A DNA stretch of 61,454 bases, the filler included. It is 7 parts of 7 records of this genome, joined end to end, with 100 filler letters (N's around TTAATTAATTAA, not from the genome) between each part and the next. Parts side by side here need not be neighbours in the genome. Positions count along the whole stretch, not along the records: positions 8,460 to 17,613 come from SRR31156797_6131; positions 17,714 to 23,709 come from SRR31156797_6133; 5 more parts are not named here. One strand, written 5' to 3'. The notes beneath the pieces were generated by a model, which saw only the letters and a program-made list of their open reading frames with translations, made no database searches and had not been told where the DNA came from. The position numbers were made by a program, and so were the translations under genes. The stretch's first letter is position 1. Each line of letters starts with the position of its first letter. Positions 12,083 through 21,013 of this stretch are shown one piece after another.

Positions 12083-12838
12083 TTACCTATTTTCAGCACA
12101 ACAAAAATCACAAACAAGCTTCCTGTATTGCCTTTTATTTGAAAGCATTGCAGGATGCTTTCCTTTATCAAAAACATGTAGTTCACTATTAGGAAGTAAA
12201 TCATGTACGAGTTTCACTTTCTCAGCAGCCCGTGGAATCATGTTATCATTTTCCAATGCAGTTAATAAAACCCTGCAATCAACCTCTTCCAAAAAGTCAA
12301 ACCAAACTGTTTTATGTTCAGCAAAATGCAATAAGTTTTTAGAATCTTTATTTAAAACATCTTTCCAATCATTTCCATGTAGATATTTGAAAAACATTTT
12401 AAAAAACTTAAGATTCATTGTATTATTTCGCTGTTTAACTAATGCTTTGGCTCTTTCAGGAGGTAAAGCCAACCCTTCAAAGCTATCAGCTATAACAGAT
12501 AATGCATTAATTTCATGGTCATTAGCTAAATGGAAAGCTATAATTGCGCCACCACTTGTACCCATCAAGTGTAAATCTGTTTTACCAATTTTAACAAGTG
12601 CCTTTTTGATTAAAAATGCACTATATTGCCAAAAATCACCCTCAAATCCTGAAATTCGATCACTTCTTCCATGCCCCGGCAAATCAAAAGCAAATACTTT
12701 AAAATGTTTTGCAAAATATTTTATCTCTGCTTTAAGCATTTTTGAGGAACCACCATTACTGTGAAAAAGGGCTAAAGGTGTTCCTTTACCCCGCTCATTA
12801 TAAAAGATTCTTATATTTTTAACTGTAATGTATGGCAT
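12083..12838 (-). CDS. Alpha/beta hydrolase
   Basis: FDLPGHGRS, GTSGG nucleophile elbow, C-terminal GKH. Confidence 0.88.
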   Translation of the reverse strand: MPYITVKNIRIFYNERGKGTPLALFHSNGGSSKMLKAEIKYFAKHFKVFAFDLPGHGRSDRISGFEGDFWQYSAFLIKKALVKIGKTDLHLMGTSGGAIIAFHLANDHEINALSVIADSFEGLALPPERAKALVKQRNNTMNLKFFKMFFKYLHGNDWKDVLNKDSKNLLHFAEHKTVWFDFLEEVDCRVLLTALENDNMIPRAAEKVKLVHDLLPNSELHVFDKGKHPAMLSNKRQYRKLVCDFCCAENR

Positions 12839-12898
12839 AAAGCGATATTTCTTTCAATATACATTAATTTCAATGAAAGATAAAATATATTCGAATCC

Positions 12899-14644
12899 CT
12901 ATCTTAAAATTTTGTGTACCAATGAAACAGTAAAGTAACTCAACAATAGCATACCAACAAATCCCTGAATTGCACTCAATCCTCGGGCTGGACCAACAGG
13001 AAAATGGTCTCCATAACCAATTGTTAGCATTGTAATTGCACTATGATAAAAACTCTTTGACCATAATGATAAGTCATACTCTGCTCCTACACTCACTACA
13101 ATATCGCCAGCTCCGGTTACAATAATCAATAAGTACATCATACTAAACAGTACATAAAATAAGATCATAGTACCGAAAACCCTTGCAGGGCTGGTTCCAT
13201 AAAGCCCTGTTAAATCCAATAATACCTTATCAAGAGCAAAGGCCACATTATCCTTTATACTTCCCCAAATACTTTGGTTCTTACGATGCTTTCTTGAACG
13301 TGCTTTTGATCTGCGATACTCAACATATGCTAAATCTTCATAATCATATTGACCATTCCGATTAAAATTCTCTTTTAACATAAGAAATTGGGTAGCTTTC
13401 TGATAATGAGTTGTTTGATCTTTTTGGTTATACACAGCTTTTTCCACCTCATTCTTACGCCAGTCTATATAAAGCAGTCCCGGTAAACTCATATCAGTAA
13501 AGTTGATAATTGGAACAGGAACACCTCCTTCAGGCAAGTGCATATCAAGTATATCACGAATAACAGCATTTGATAAATCAATAGAGCAAGCCTTACTCAT
13601 TCTAAAGTTGAGGTATCTATTGAAAAAACAATAGCTTAAGTCAAGATTGTGAATATTTGCTTTTTCAAAAATCAGCAAGGCATCCATTGTTTCAGCCCTT
13701 GAAAGATTTAAATCTGACTTTTCAAAAATAGTTTCAGAAAAGTCAACTCTTCCAAAGCCAAATCCAACTTTCTTAAAGGTCATTTTTCCATTTCTAACTT
13801 CGCAACCAGTAAAATCCCAAAATCCATCATCAGCTATTGAACGGTTAAAATTTGCCTTTACGCCATTAAATTCTGTTGTTCTGAAATCTATATCCCCTTT
13901 GCCAAAGTTTGCTCTATCAAAAGAAACATCTTTTCCTGAGAACTTAGCAAATTGAAAACCTATCCTACCATCACCAATTTGTGCCACCTTAAAACTAACA
14001 CCGCCCGAGAAATATGTATCAACCATATTGATATTACCACCTTTAAACTCACAATTGGTGAAATCTGCCGGACAATCCTCAAACCTGGCATATTGAAAAT
14101 ATTTTTCGTGATTGCACAAAATAGCATTTTTCATGCTAAATGAGCCACCTTTCATTTTAAGTTCTGAAAAATTGATCCCACCTTTATGCAAAGCAATATA
14201 TTCAAAAATTACGTTGGTATCAGTTAAGCTGGAATGATGCATATCAAGATCACCTCCAAGAAAAATCGTATCTCGAAAATTTATTTCCCCTCCTTCAATT
14301 TGAATATAACTAAAGTCTATTATCCGATTTACTTCAAAAAAAGACCTGTTTGCAATGACTCGGTTTAGTTTTACAATGTCTTTTTTGTCTTTAAGTTGAA
14401 GTCTTCTCCAAGCAGTAATTGAAAAATTTTTTACATAGGCTTCATCTAACAATACCTCCTTCTTAGCCTCAATGTTTGCATAAACTTCCTCCAAATTGGC
14501 TAAGCCATAATCAATTGTTCCAATATCATGATCTTCGCTATCAAAAAACTGAATTACAGCAGTCTGGGCATATTCTGTGCCTTGTTTAGAAATATATTTC
14601 TTGGGAACAGCTTTAACAGTGTAGTGGTGAAATCGTCGATGCAT
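12899..14644 (-). CDS. Pentapeptide-repeat-like protein fused to a 2-TM ion channel (Ion_trans_2-like) domain
   Basis: Long F-x-x-A-x-F periodic region; C-terminal TM helices with pore motif TMLTIGYGD. Confidence 0.8.
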   Translation of the reverse strand: MHRRFHHYTVKAVPKKYISKQGTEYAQTAVIQFFDSEDHDIGTIDYGLANLEEVYANIEAKKEVLLDEAYVKNFSITAWRRLQLKDKKDIVKLNRVIANRSFFEVNRIIDFSYIQIEGGEINFRDTIFLGGDLDMHHSSLTDTNVIFEYIALHKGGINFSELKMKGGSFSMKNAILCNHEKYFQYARFEDCPADFTNCEFKGGNINMVDTYFSGGVSFKVAQIGDGRIGFQFAKFSGKDVSFDRANFGKGDIDFRTTEFNGVKANFNRSIADDGFWDFTGCEVRNGKMTFKKVGFGFGRVDFSETIFEKSDLNLSRAETMDALLIFEKANIHNLDLSYCFFNRYLNFRMSKACSIDLSNAVIRDILDMHLPEGGVPVPIINFTDMSLPGLLYIDWRKNEVEKAVYNQKDQTTHYQKATQFLMLKENFNRNGQYDYEDLAYVEYRRSKARSRKHRKNQSIWGSIKDNVAFALDKVLLDLTGLYGTSPARVFGTMILFYVLFSMMYLLIIVTGAGDIVVSVGAEYDLSLWSKSFYHSAITMLTIGYGDHFPVGPARGLSAIQGFVGMLLLSYFTVSLVHKILR

Positions 14645-14782
14645 ACGTTTTTTGAGTCAATTTAATACAAAAAACAATATCAATCAATTAAATATATTGG
14701 CATCTTAAATTATTAATATCTTAAACAATTTAATTCCTATGGCGTTGTACTCACAAATTTTAATCTTAAAATCACAAAAACT

Positions 14783-15382
14783 ATGAGTTTCAAATTACCA
14801 GATTTAAAATACGATTATAATGCTTTAGAGCCTTACATTGATACACAAACAATGGAAATTCACCACACTAAACACCATGGTGGATATACTACAAAGTTGA
14901 ACGCAGCATTGGAAGCTGAAAATGTATCAGGCAAAAGCATTGAAGAAATTTTGCAAAATATTTCAAAATTCAGCACAGGTGTAAGGAATAATGGTGGTGG
15001 ATATTACAACCACAACTTATTTTGGGAACTAATGAGTCCTAATGGTGGTGGGAATCCTACTGGCGAAATTGGAAATGCCATTGCTGAAACATTTGGTTCT
15101 TATGATAAATTCAAAGACGAATTTGCAAATGCAGCAGCTACCAGATTCGGTTCAGGTTGGGCCTGGCTGGTAAAAGAAAATGGTCAACTTAAAATTGGTA
15201 GCACACCAAACCAGGATAATCCACTTATGGACCTATCTGACTTTAAAGGTCAACCCCTATTGGGATTAGACGTTTGGGAACACGCTTACTATTTAAAATA
15301 TCAAAACCGTAGACCAGAATACATTGATGCATTCTTTAATGTTATCAACTGGGATAAAGTAAATGAACTTTATAAAGGATAA
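14783..15382 (+). CDS. sodA: Superoxide dismutase, Mn-type signature
   Basis: HHTKHH, NNGGG..NH, NQDNP and DVWEHAYY motifs. Confidence 0.9.
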   Translation: MSFKLPDLKYDYNALEPYIDTQTMEIHHTKHHGGYTTKLNAALEAENVSGKSIEEILQNISKFSTGVRNNGGGYYNHNLFWELMSPNGGGNPTGEIGNAIAETFGSYDKFKDEFANAAATRFGSGWAWLVKENGQLKIGSTPNQDNPLMDLSDFKGQPLLGLDVWEHAYYLKYQNRRPEYIDAFFNVINWDKVNELYKG

Positions 15383-15481
15383 AATTCATTCCGGATAGAT
15401 ACTCAATGACCCGAGCATTTCACATTTACCAACCGTTGTATAGCTTTCCCACACATTGAACTATCTGGAATGAATCTTAAT

Positions 15482-15516
15482 TAAGGGCGTCATCAAACAA
15501 GATGACGCCTTTATTT
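15482..15516 (+). terminator. Intrinsic terminator between the SOD genes
   Basis: AAGGGCGTCATC-aaacaa-GATGACGCCTTT-ATTT. Confidence 0.7.
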
Positions 15517-15565
15517 GTATATTCAGGCAGACGGTTGAATTTTAAACATATTAAATAGGAAAGCT

Positions 15566-16141
15566 ATGTCATTTGAATTACCAAAATTACCTTATGAGCT
15601 CAATGCACTTGAGCCTTACATTAGTGAAAAAACATTCGAATTTCACTTCGGAAAACATCACAAAGCATACGTTGATAAAGTTAACGCGTTGATAAAAGGA
15701 ACTGAATTTGAAAACGCCAAACTAGAAGAGATTATTGAAAAAGCCGATGGTGGTATTTTTAATAATGGAGCTCAGGTTTGGAATCATTCATTTTACTTTT
15801 TATCATTAAGTCCAAATCCTAAAAAAGAACCATCAGGACCACTATCTGATGCAATCAACGATACTTTTGGTAGCTTTGAGCAATTTAAAACAGACTTTGC
15901 AAACGCAGGTGCAGGATTATTTGGTTCAGGCTGGGTTTGGTTAGTTAAAAATAAAGAAGGTAAACTTGAAATACTTCAAGGTGCAAATGCCGAAAATCCA
16001 TTGAGAGATGGCTACCATCCAATCATGACAATGGATGTATGGGAACATGCATACTACCTCGATACTCAAAATGCACGTCCAAAATACATCGAAAACTTCT
16101 TTGAAGTGCTAGACTGGGCTGTTATAGAGAAGAGATTTTAA
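15566..16141 (+). CDS. sodB: Superoxide dismutase, Fe-type signature
   Basis: HFGKHH, FNNGAQVWNH, NAENP and DVWEHAYY motifs. Confidence 0.88.
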   Translation: MSFELPKLPYELNALEPYISEKTFEFHFGKHHKAYVDKVNALIKGTEFENAKLEEIIEKADGGIFNNGAQVWNHSFYFLSLSPNPKKEPSGPLSDAINDTFGSFEQFKTDFANAGAGLFGSGWVWLVKNKEGKLEILQGANAENPLRDGYHPIMTMDVWEHAYYLDTQNARPKYIENFFEVLDWAVIEKRF

Positions 16142-16163
16142 TTGTATTTTACTAATACTTTTT

Positions 16164-16189
16164 AAGGGTGCAAATTGCACCCTTTTTTT
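16164..16189 (+). terminator. Intrinsic terminator
   Basis: AAGGGTGCAA-a-TTGCACCCTT followed by a T-run. Confidence 0.75.
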
Positions 16190-16249
16190 ATTATCATTTA
16201 ATATAATGCTTGATTTTTTGTATTTTTAAGAAAACTAAACTCATAAATT

Positions 16250-16810
16250 ATGAAATACCTCATCCCTCTTCTATTATTGGCACTTGTAGCATGCAGCCAG
16301 GAAAAACAAAACACAAATCAAGAAGTTAAACAGGATCAGAAAAAAGAGGAAATTTTAAAACAACCTCAGGAATTTAATAAAGAGGATGCTGTTGCTCATA
16401 TCAGAGAAATGTTCACAAAAATTAACGAACAGGCCGTAAAAGCAGAAATTATTCAAAAGGAAATGATGGAAGAATCAGCTGAAGGTGGTCAGCTCAAAGC
16501 ATATAAGCTTGATGGAAAAGTTATTAAGCTTGAAATGTTGGCTTTTGGTGAAACTGGTCGTGCCACTAAGGAATACTATTTCGAAGATGAGAAACTCATT
16601 TTTGCATTTACAAAAGAAGAATATTACGACCGTCCTATGTATGTTGAAGGTGCCAAAATTTCTAAAACCATTGAAAATAGATACTATTTCTACAACGAGA
16701 AACTATTCAAATGGCTTGATCCGGAAAAGAAAGAGGTTGATTTGGAAAATGCAAAAGAAACATCAGATAATGTTTTAAATGAAGCCAAAGATTATTTCTC
16801 CAAGTTTTAA
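16250..16810 (+). CDS. Hypothetical lipoprotein
   Basis: Lipobox LVAC. Confidence 0.75.
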   Translation: MKYLIPLLLLALVACSQEKQNTNQEVKQDQKKEEILKQPQEFNKEDAVAHIREMFTKINEQAVKAEIIQKEMMEESAEGGQLKAYKLDGKVIKLEMLAFGETGRATKEYYFEDEKLIFAFTKEEYYDRPMYVEGAKISKTIENRYYFYNEKLFKWLDPEKKEVDLENAKETSDNVLNEAKDYFSKF

Positions 16811-17127
16811 TGAAAACTGATTAACTTCTACAAAACTTAAACAAAACCTCAATTCAAAGCCTTTATTTTAAAGGTCTTGAACATCCTCATTTTCTATATT
16901 GCTGAATATCAACTTCTTTTATTTAGAATGACTATTGTTTTGTTAACTTAAAGTTAAATATTCGTTCTAAACAAATATTGTAATAATATATCTATATAGC
17001 TGGTTTAGGGTCCTTTAGCTTTACACGCACATAACCAAATCTTTATTTTTGTTTAATATTTTAACTAATATCTTAAACAAAACATTAATTGAGGATGTTA
17101 GGGTCTCAAAATCTACAATTAAAATTT

Positions 17128-17613
17128 ATGATTATGAGAACAATTATTCTTTCAACACTCGCATTGTTTTTCAGTATTGGACTGAAAGCACAAACGGCTG
17201 AAGTACAAATTATACACAATTCAGCTGACGCTGCCGCTGCGACGGTAGATATTTATTTGGATGGAACCTTAATTGAGGATGATTTTCCATTCAGAGAAGC
17301 TACGACATTTTTATCTGTTCCTGCTGAACAAGAAATCGTTGTTGGTATTGCTCCTTCAACTTCAACTTCAGTGATCGATACAATTGCTGCATTTGCTTAT
17401 AATTTAACAGCAAATGAAAAGTATATTATTGTAGCTAACGGAATCGTTAGTGGTTCAGGTTACGATCCTGTTCAGGATTTTGATTTGTATGTTTATCCAA
17501 TGGCAAGAGATGCTGCTGCTTCAAGTGGAAATACTGACGTATTGGTATTTCACGGAAGTACTGACGCTCCTATTGTTGACATTTATGAAACTGCTGTTGT
17601 AGGTGGTGAATTA
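17128..17613 (+). CDS. Secreted DUF4397-like protein (3'-truncated)
   Basis: Signal peptide ending LKA-Q; repeated VQIIHNSAD..VDIY / VFHGSTDAP.VDIY domain starts. Confidence 0.75.
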
Positions 17614-17713
17614 NNNNNNNNNNNNNNNNNNNNNNNNNNNNNNNNNNNNNNNNNNNNTTAATTAATTAANNNNNNNNNNNNNNNNNNNNNNNNNNNNNNN
17701 NNNNNNNNNNNNN
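17614..17713. other. Artificial contig spacer
   Basis: N-run + TTAATTAATTAA + N-run. Confidence 0.98.
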
Positions 17714-18147
17714 ACGCTGGCAAATGGTCCGGCAACAGATTCCAGCGCCGTCGATCCGGCCTTGTTCCGCACGTCCTTGTCGGCGCCTTTGGCCAGCAGC
17801 GCCTCGACAATCTCGGTGCGGCACAAGAAAGCGGCAACATGCAGCGGCGTCGCTCCTTCGTTGTTGGTAATGGTCAGGTCCGCCCCGGCGTCGATCAACG
17901 CTCGGGCCACCTCCGTCTTGCCGAAGGTCGCCGCGACATTCAGCGCCGTGGACCCGTACGCGTCTTTCGTGTTCAGATCGGACCCCGCCTCGATGTGTTG
18001 CCGCACGGCCGCAACATCCCCATTGAGAGCGGCCATCTGGAGGCTCACCAGCGGAGGCCGTGCTGCCTGCTCCGAATCCTCCTGCTTCCCGCAACCGGCC
18101 CCAACAAGGACTATGACCAAAAGCACAACTGTCATTGCTGTCTTCAT
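17714..18147 (-). CDS. Ankyrin-repeat lipoprotein (3'-truncated)
   Basis: Lipobox GAGC; GSTALNVAA and GATPLHVAA ankyrin repeats; GAAGGGAG RBS before MKTAM. Confidence 0.88.
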
Positions 18148-18347
18148 CTTTACTCCCTTCATGCAAACGTAACACAAATCATTCGTCAAACCATGCATCA
18201 CTCACCTCTTCCTGAAAGAAACGCGCCACCCGGTTACAGAGAAAAAGATAGAGCAGGCTGGTAGCGGAGGAGATTAGCGGGGCCGCAATACGGAGACAGG
18301 CACGAGTGGCAGTCCCGACCCGACCCGGCGCGATGTGGGCCGATCGG

Positions 18348-19478
18348 TCAGCGCGTCCCTTCCCGTCGAGAAGGGATCTTGAGGCGCGCACCACAGCGTG
18401 GGCATTTGCCGGAGCGACCGGCGCGCCGGGCCGGGACCTTGATCTTCTGCCCACACGAACAGGCGAAGCGAATGGTCTGCCCTTGAGGCGCCGGGGCCGC
18501 TCCCGTCCGCCTTTCAGATTTCGATCGGACGGCCGGGCTGGGGGACACCGCAGGCGGCATCTGAACGGGCGCCCCACAACGCAGACACTGAACCACCTTG
18601 CCGGCGCACCGTTTGGAGACCGCGATCCTCTCGCCGCAGACGCACATCGGCTCAGCCGGCGCCGCCGGGACCAGTGCCCCGGTGGCCAGGTCGAGCGTTG
18701 GGAAAGAGGCGGGCTGGTCGGCCGGGACCGCCCGCGCAGATGTCAGGTCTTCCAGGGGGTCTCTGGATGGCGCGCTCGTGGCGGCGCAGGAATCCTCTGC
18801 TCTCGGCTTCCTGCGGTCCTCCCAAATCTGTACGAGGGATCGGTCGTATTCGTCGAGCAGGCACCACCGCTTCTTGCAGAACAGGACGCCCATCGCCACC
18901 CCGGCCGCAAATCCGCCCAGGTGAGCAAAATGCGCCACGCCGGACGAACCCCACTTCAGCGCCCCCAGAATATCCCAGAACAGCCAGAACAGAATCATCC
19001 AATAGCTGCGCACGGCGAACTGACGCACGTAGACCAGGAAGAACCAGAAGTAGCAGGTAATCTCGTTCTGGGGAAACATGACGAGATACATGCCCACGAT
19101 GCCATTGATGGCGCCGCTGGCTCCGATGGCCGGGTGCGGCGAGGCGATCAGGTGCACCATCCCAGCGGCCACGCCCAGGGCCAGGTAGACGGGAGGATAC
19201 CGCAAATTGCCGATGTTGGCGCAGACGGCGTTGCCGAAGATCCAGAGGAACCACATGTTCCCAACCAGATGCCAGAAACCCCCGTGGAGCCACATATGCC
19301 CCAGCAAGCCTTTGAGTCCCCATCCCTGCAGCGCCAGCGCCTCGGTGATATTGGCAGATCCGTTTTGGGTCATCTCCTTGATCTGAAGGAAGGCGACGAC
19401 CACGCAGACCGCCACGATCAGCCAGTTCGCCACGGGCCGTTTGTCCTGGGGGACGTCAACTTGCCAGGGTATGATCAC
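18348..19478 (-). CDS. Rhomboid intramembrane serine protease with C-terminal zinc ribbons
   Basis: HMWLHGGFWHLVGNMWFL, GASG and AHFAHLGG motifs; two CxCG...CxxC modules. Confidence 0.92.
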   Translation of the reverse strand: MIIPWQVDVPQDKRPVANWLIVAVCVVVAFLQIKEMTQNGSANITEALALQGWGLKGLLGHMWLHGGFWHLVGNMWFLWIFGNAVCANIGNLRYPPVYLALGVAAGMVHLIASPHPAIGASGAINGIVGMYLVMFPQNEITCYFWFFLVYVRQFAVRSYWMILFWLFWDILGALKWGSSGVAHFAHLGGFAAGVAMGVLFCKKRWCLLDEYDRSLVQIWEDRRKPRAEDSCAATSAPSRDPLEDLTSARAVPADQPASFPTLDLATGALVPAAPAEPMCVCGERIAVSKRCAGKVVQCLRCGAPVQMPPAVSPSPAVRSKSERRTGAAPAPQGQTIRFACSCGQKIKVPARRAGRSGKCPRCGARLKIPSRREGTR

Positions 19479-19917
19479 GGCCTACCATCCTCGCCTACAG
19501 ATTCGTTCGGTGTCTCTTCCGCTGCGAGCAAGCACGCCTGCGTCACTGGTGACTCCTGCTCCGTAGAAATTCAAGCCACGATCCGCGAGCACGATCGAGC
19601 GTCAGAGCGTCCGTGCGCGCTTCACTCATCCAGCGCTTCACTTGGAACGGGTGAGACTGACCTCCGTAGGCTCTATGCTACAAAAACAAGGCCCTTTTGT
19701 CACGAACAACCCGGGAACTCCCGGGGAACGAAGCAACGTGCGGTCGATGTGACGCGCCGCACTCCGGCATATTCATCGCAAAGATAGTTTGGGCTCAGGC
19801 GCCCAGCATGGTAGAAAGAGATGGGCTGGTCCGGACAACGGGGCCTGGCCAAATAGACCGAGACAATGCAACGCAGAATCGAGCTCTGCTGCGCTGGCTC
19901 GATAGATTGGAATTGCC

Positions 19918-20529
19918 ATGAATCAGCCTTCGATTATTCTGCGCCCCTCCCGCCCCACGTTCGACGAAGGTCTGGCGTTTGCGCGCTACCTCGACCAGGC
20001 GGCCGAGGGCTTCTTCCGTTTCATGCTCGGCCGACGTGTGGCCGACATCATCGCCACGGCCTACGTCCAGCCCGACCACGACTTGTCTTATCAACACGTC
20101 ACCTTTGCCGAACGGGACGGTGCCATCGTGGGCATGGCCTCCGGGTACAGCGCCGAGCAGCATCACCGTTCCTCGCTCCAGCCTCTCCAGCAGGCAGCGG
20201 GAGAGTCGGCCCTGCGCATGAAGGCCGTGACCCTACTCTGTGCGCCGCTGCTGCGCATTCTCGACACCATTGCCGAGAGCGATTTCTACCTCCAGGCCAT
20301 TGCCATCGACAAAGCACTCCGCGGCCAAGGCCTCGGCTCAGCCCTGATCGACGCGCTCGAAGACCGGGCCCGCACCGGCGGATCGGCCCGTCTGGCCCTC
20401 GACGTGTTCGCCAAAAACCGCAGCGCGCGCCGACTCTACGAGCATCGCGGCATGACCATCGATTCCCAGTGGCCCAAGCGCCTGGTCCCGCCGGGGCTGA
20501 GACTCCTGCGCATGACCAAACCACTCTGA
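19918..20529 (+). CDS. GNAT N-acetyltransferase
   Basis: RGQGLGSAL acetyl-CoA motif; N..ARRLYE..G motif. Confidence 0.9.
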   Translation: MNQPSIILRPSRPTFDEGLAFARYLDQAAEGFFRFMLGRRVADIIATAYVQPDHDLSYQHVTFAERDGAIVGMASGYSAEQHHRSSLQPLQQAAGESALRMKAVTLLCAPLLRILDTIAESDFYLQAIAIDKALRGQGLGSALIDALEDRARTGGSARLALDVFAKNRSARRLYEHRGMTIDSQWPKRLVPPGLRLLRMTKPL

Positions 20530-21013
20530 TCCCGCAGACAAACACCGGCCCGCCAGACGGTACCCGATACCGCGACTGCCCTGGACGCGGGCCTGGCGAC
20601 AGGCCATGAGAATTGCCCATAATCTGGTGGTATGCCATAGCCAGATGTAGTATAAAGAAGTGGAGAGAGGAAGATGCGGTCTGGGTGCGTCAGAACCGGG
20701 GGCAGGTGGTCTTGGTGACGGAGGTACCGTGGTGAGGGTACTGGGTCGGCAGGCGGGGCGCAAAGACGGGGGAGCCCATTCGGCAGCGAATCTACGTACA
20801 TCCGCATTCCACGTGAGGGCTGTGTGCTTTTTTCCGAGAAAGGAGGTGAACTAACCTACGCCACAAGATCGGAAGCACGAGGTCAATCCTTGAATCCCCC
20901 CATGGAAAGGGGTTTTCGGAGGCAGGAATCCTCCGACGTGTGTCAAAGGGATGCGTGCATCGGCATGTGAGGAGAGAGGTCGAAGAAATCGTTGTTTTGA
21001 AAGGAGGACCACT

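Noticed and set aside
12039-12764. 241-aa + strand ORF
   Set aside because: Antisense shadow of the alpha/beta hydrolase.
18306-19787. 493-aa + strand ORF and other long overlapping ORFs in the GC-rich contig (e.g. 20792-21913, 22805-23707)
   Set aside because: Antisense or frame shadows of the rhomboid, GNAT and LamG genes; Arg/Pro-rich with no motifs.
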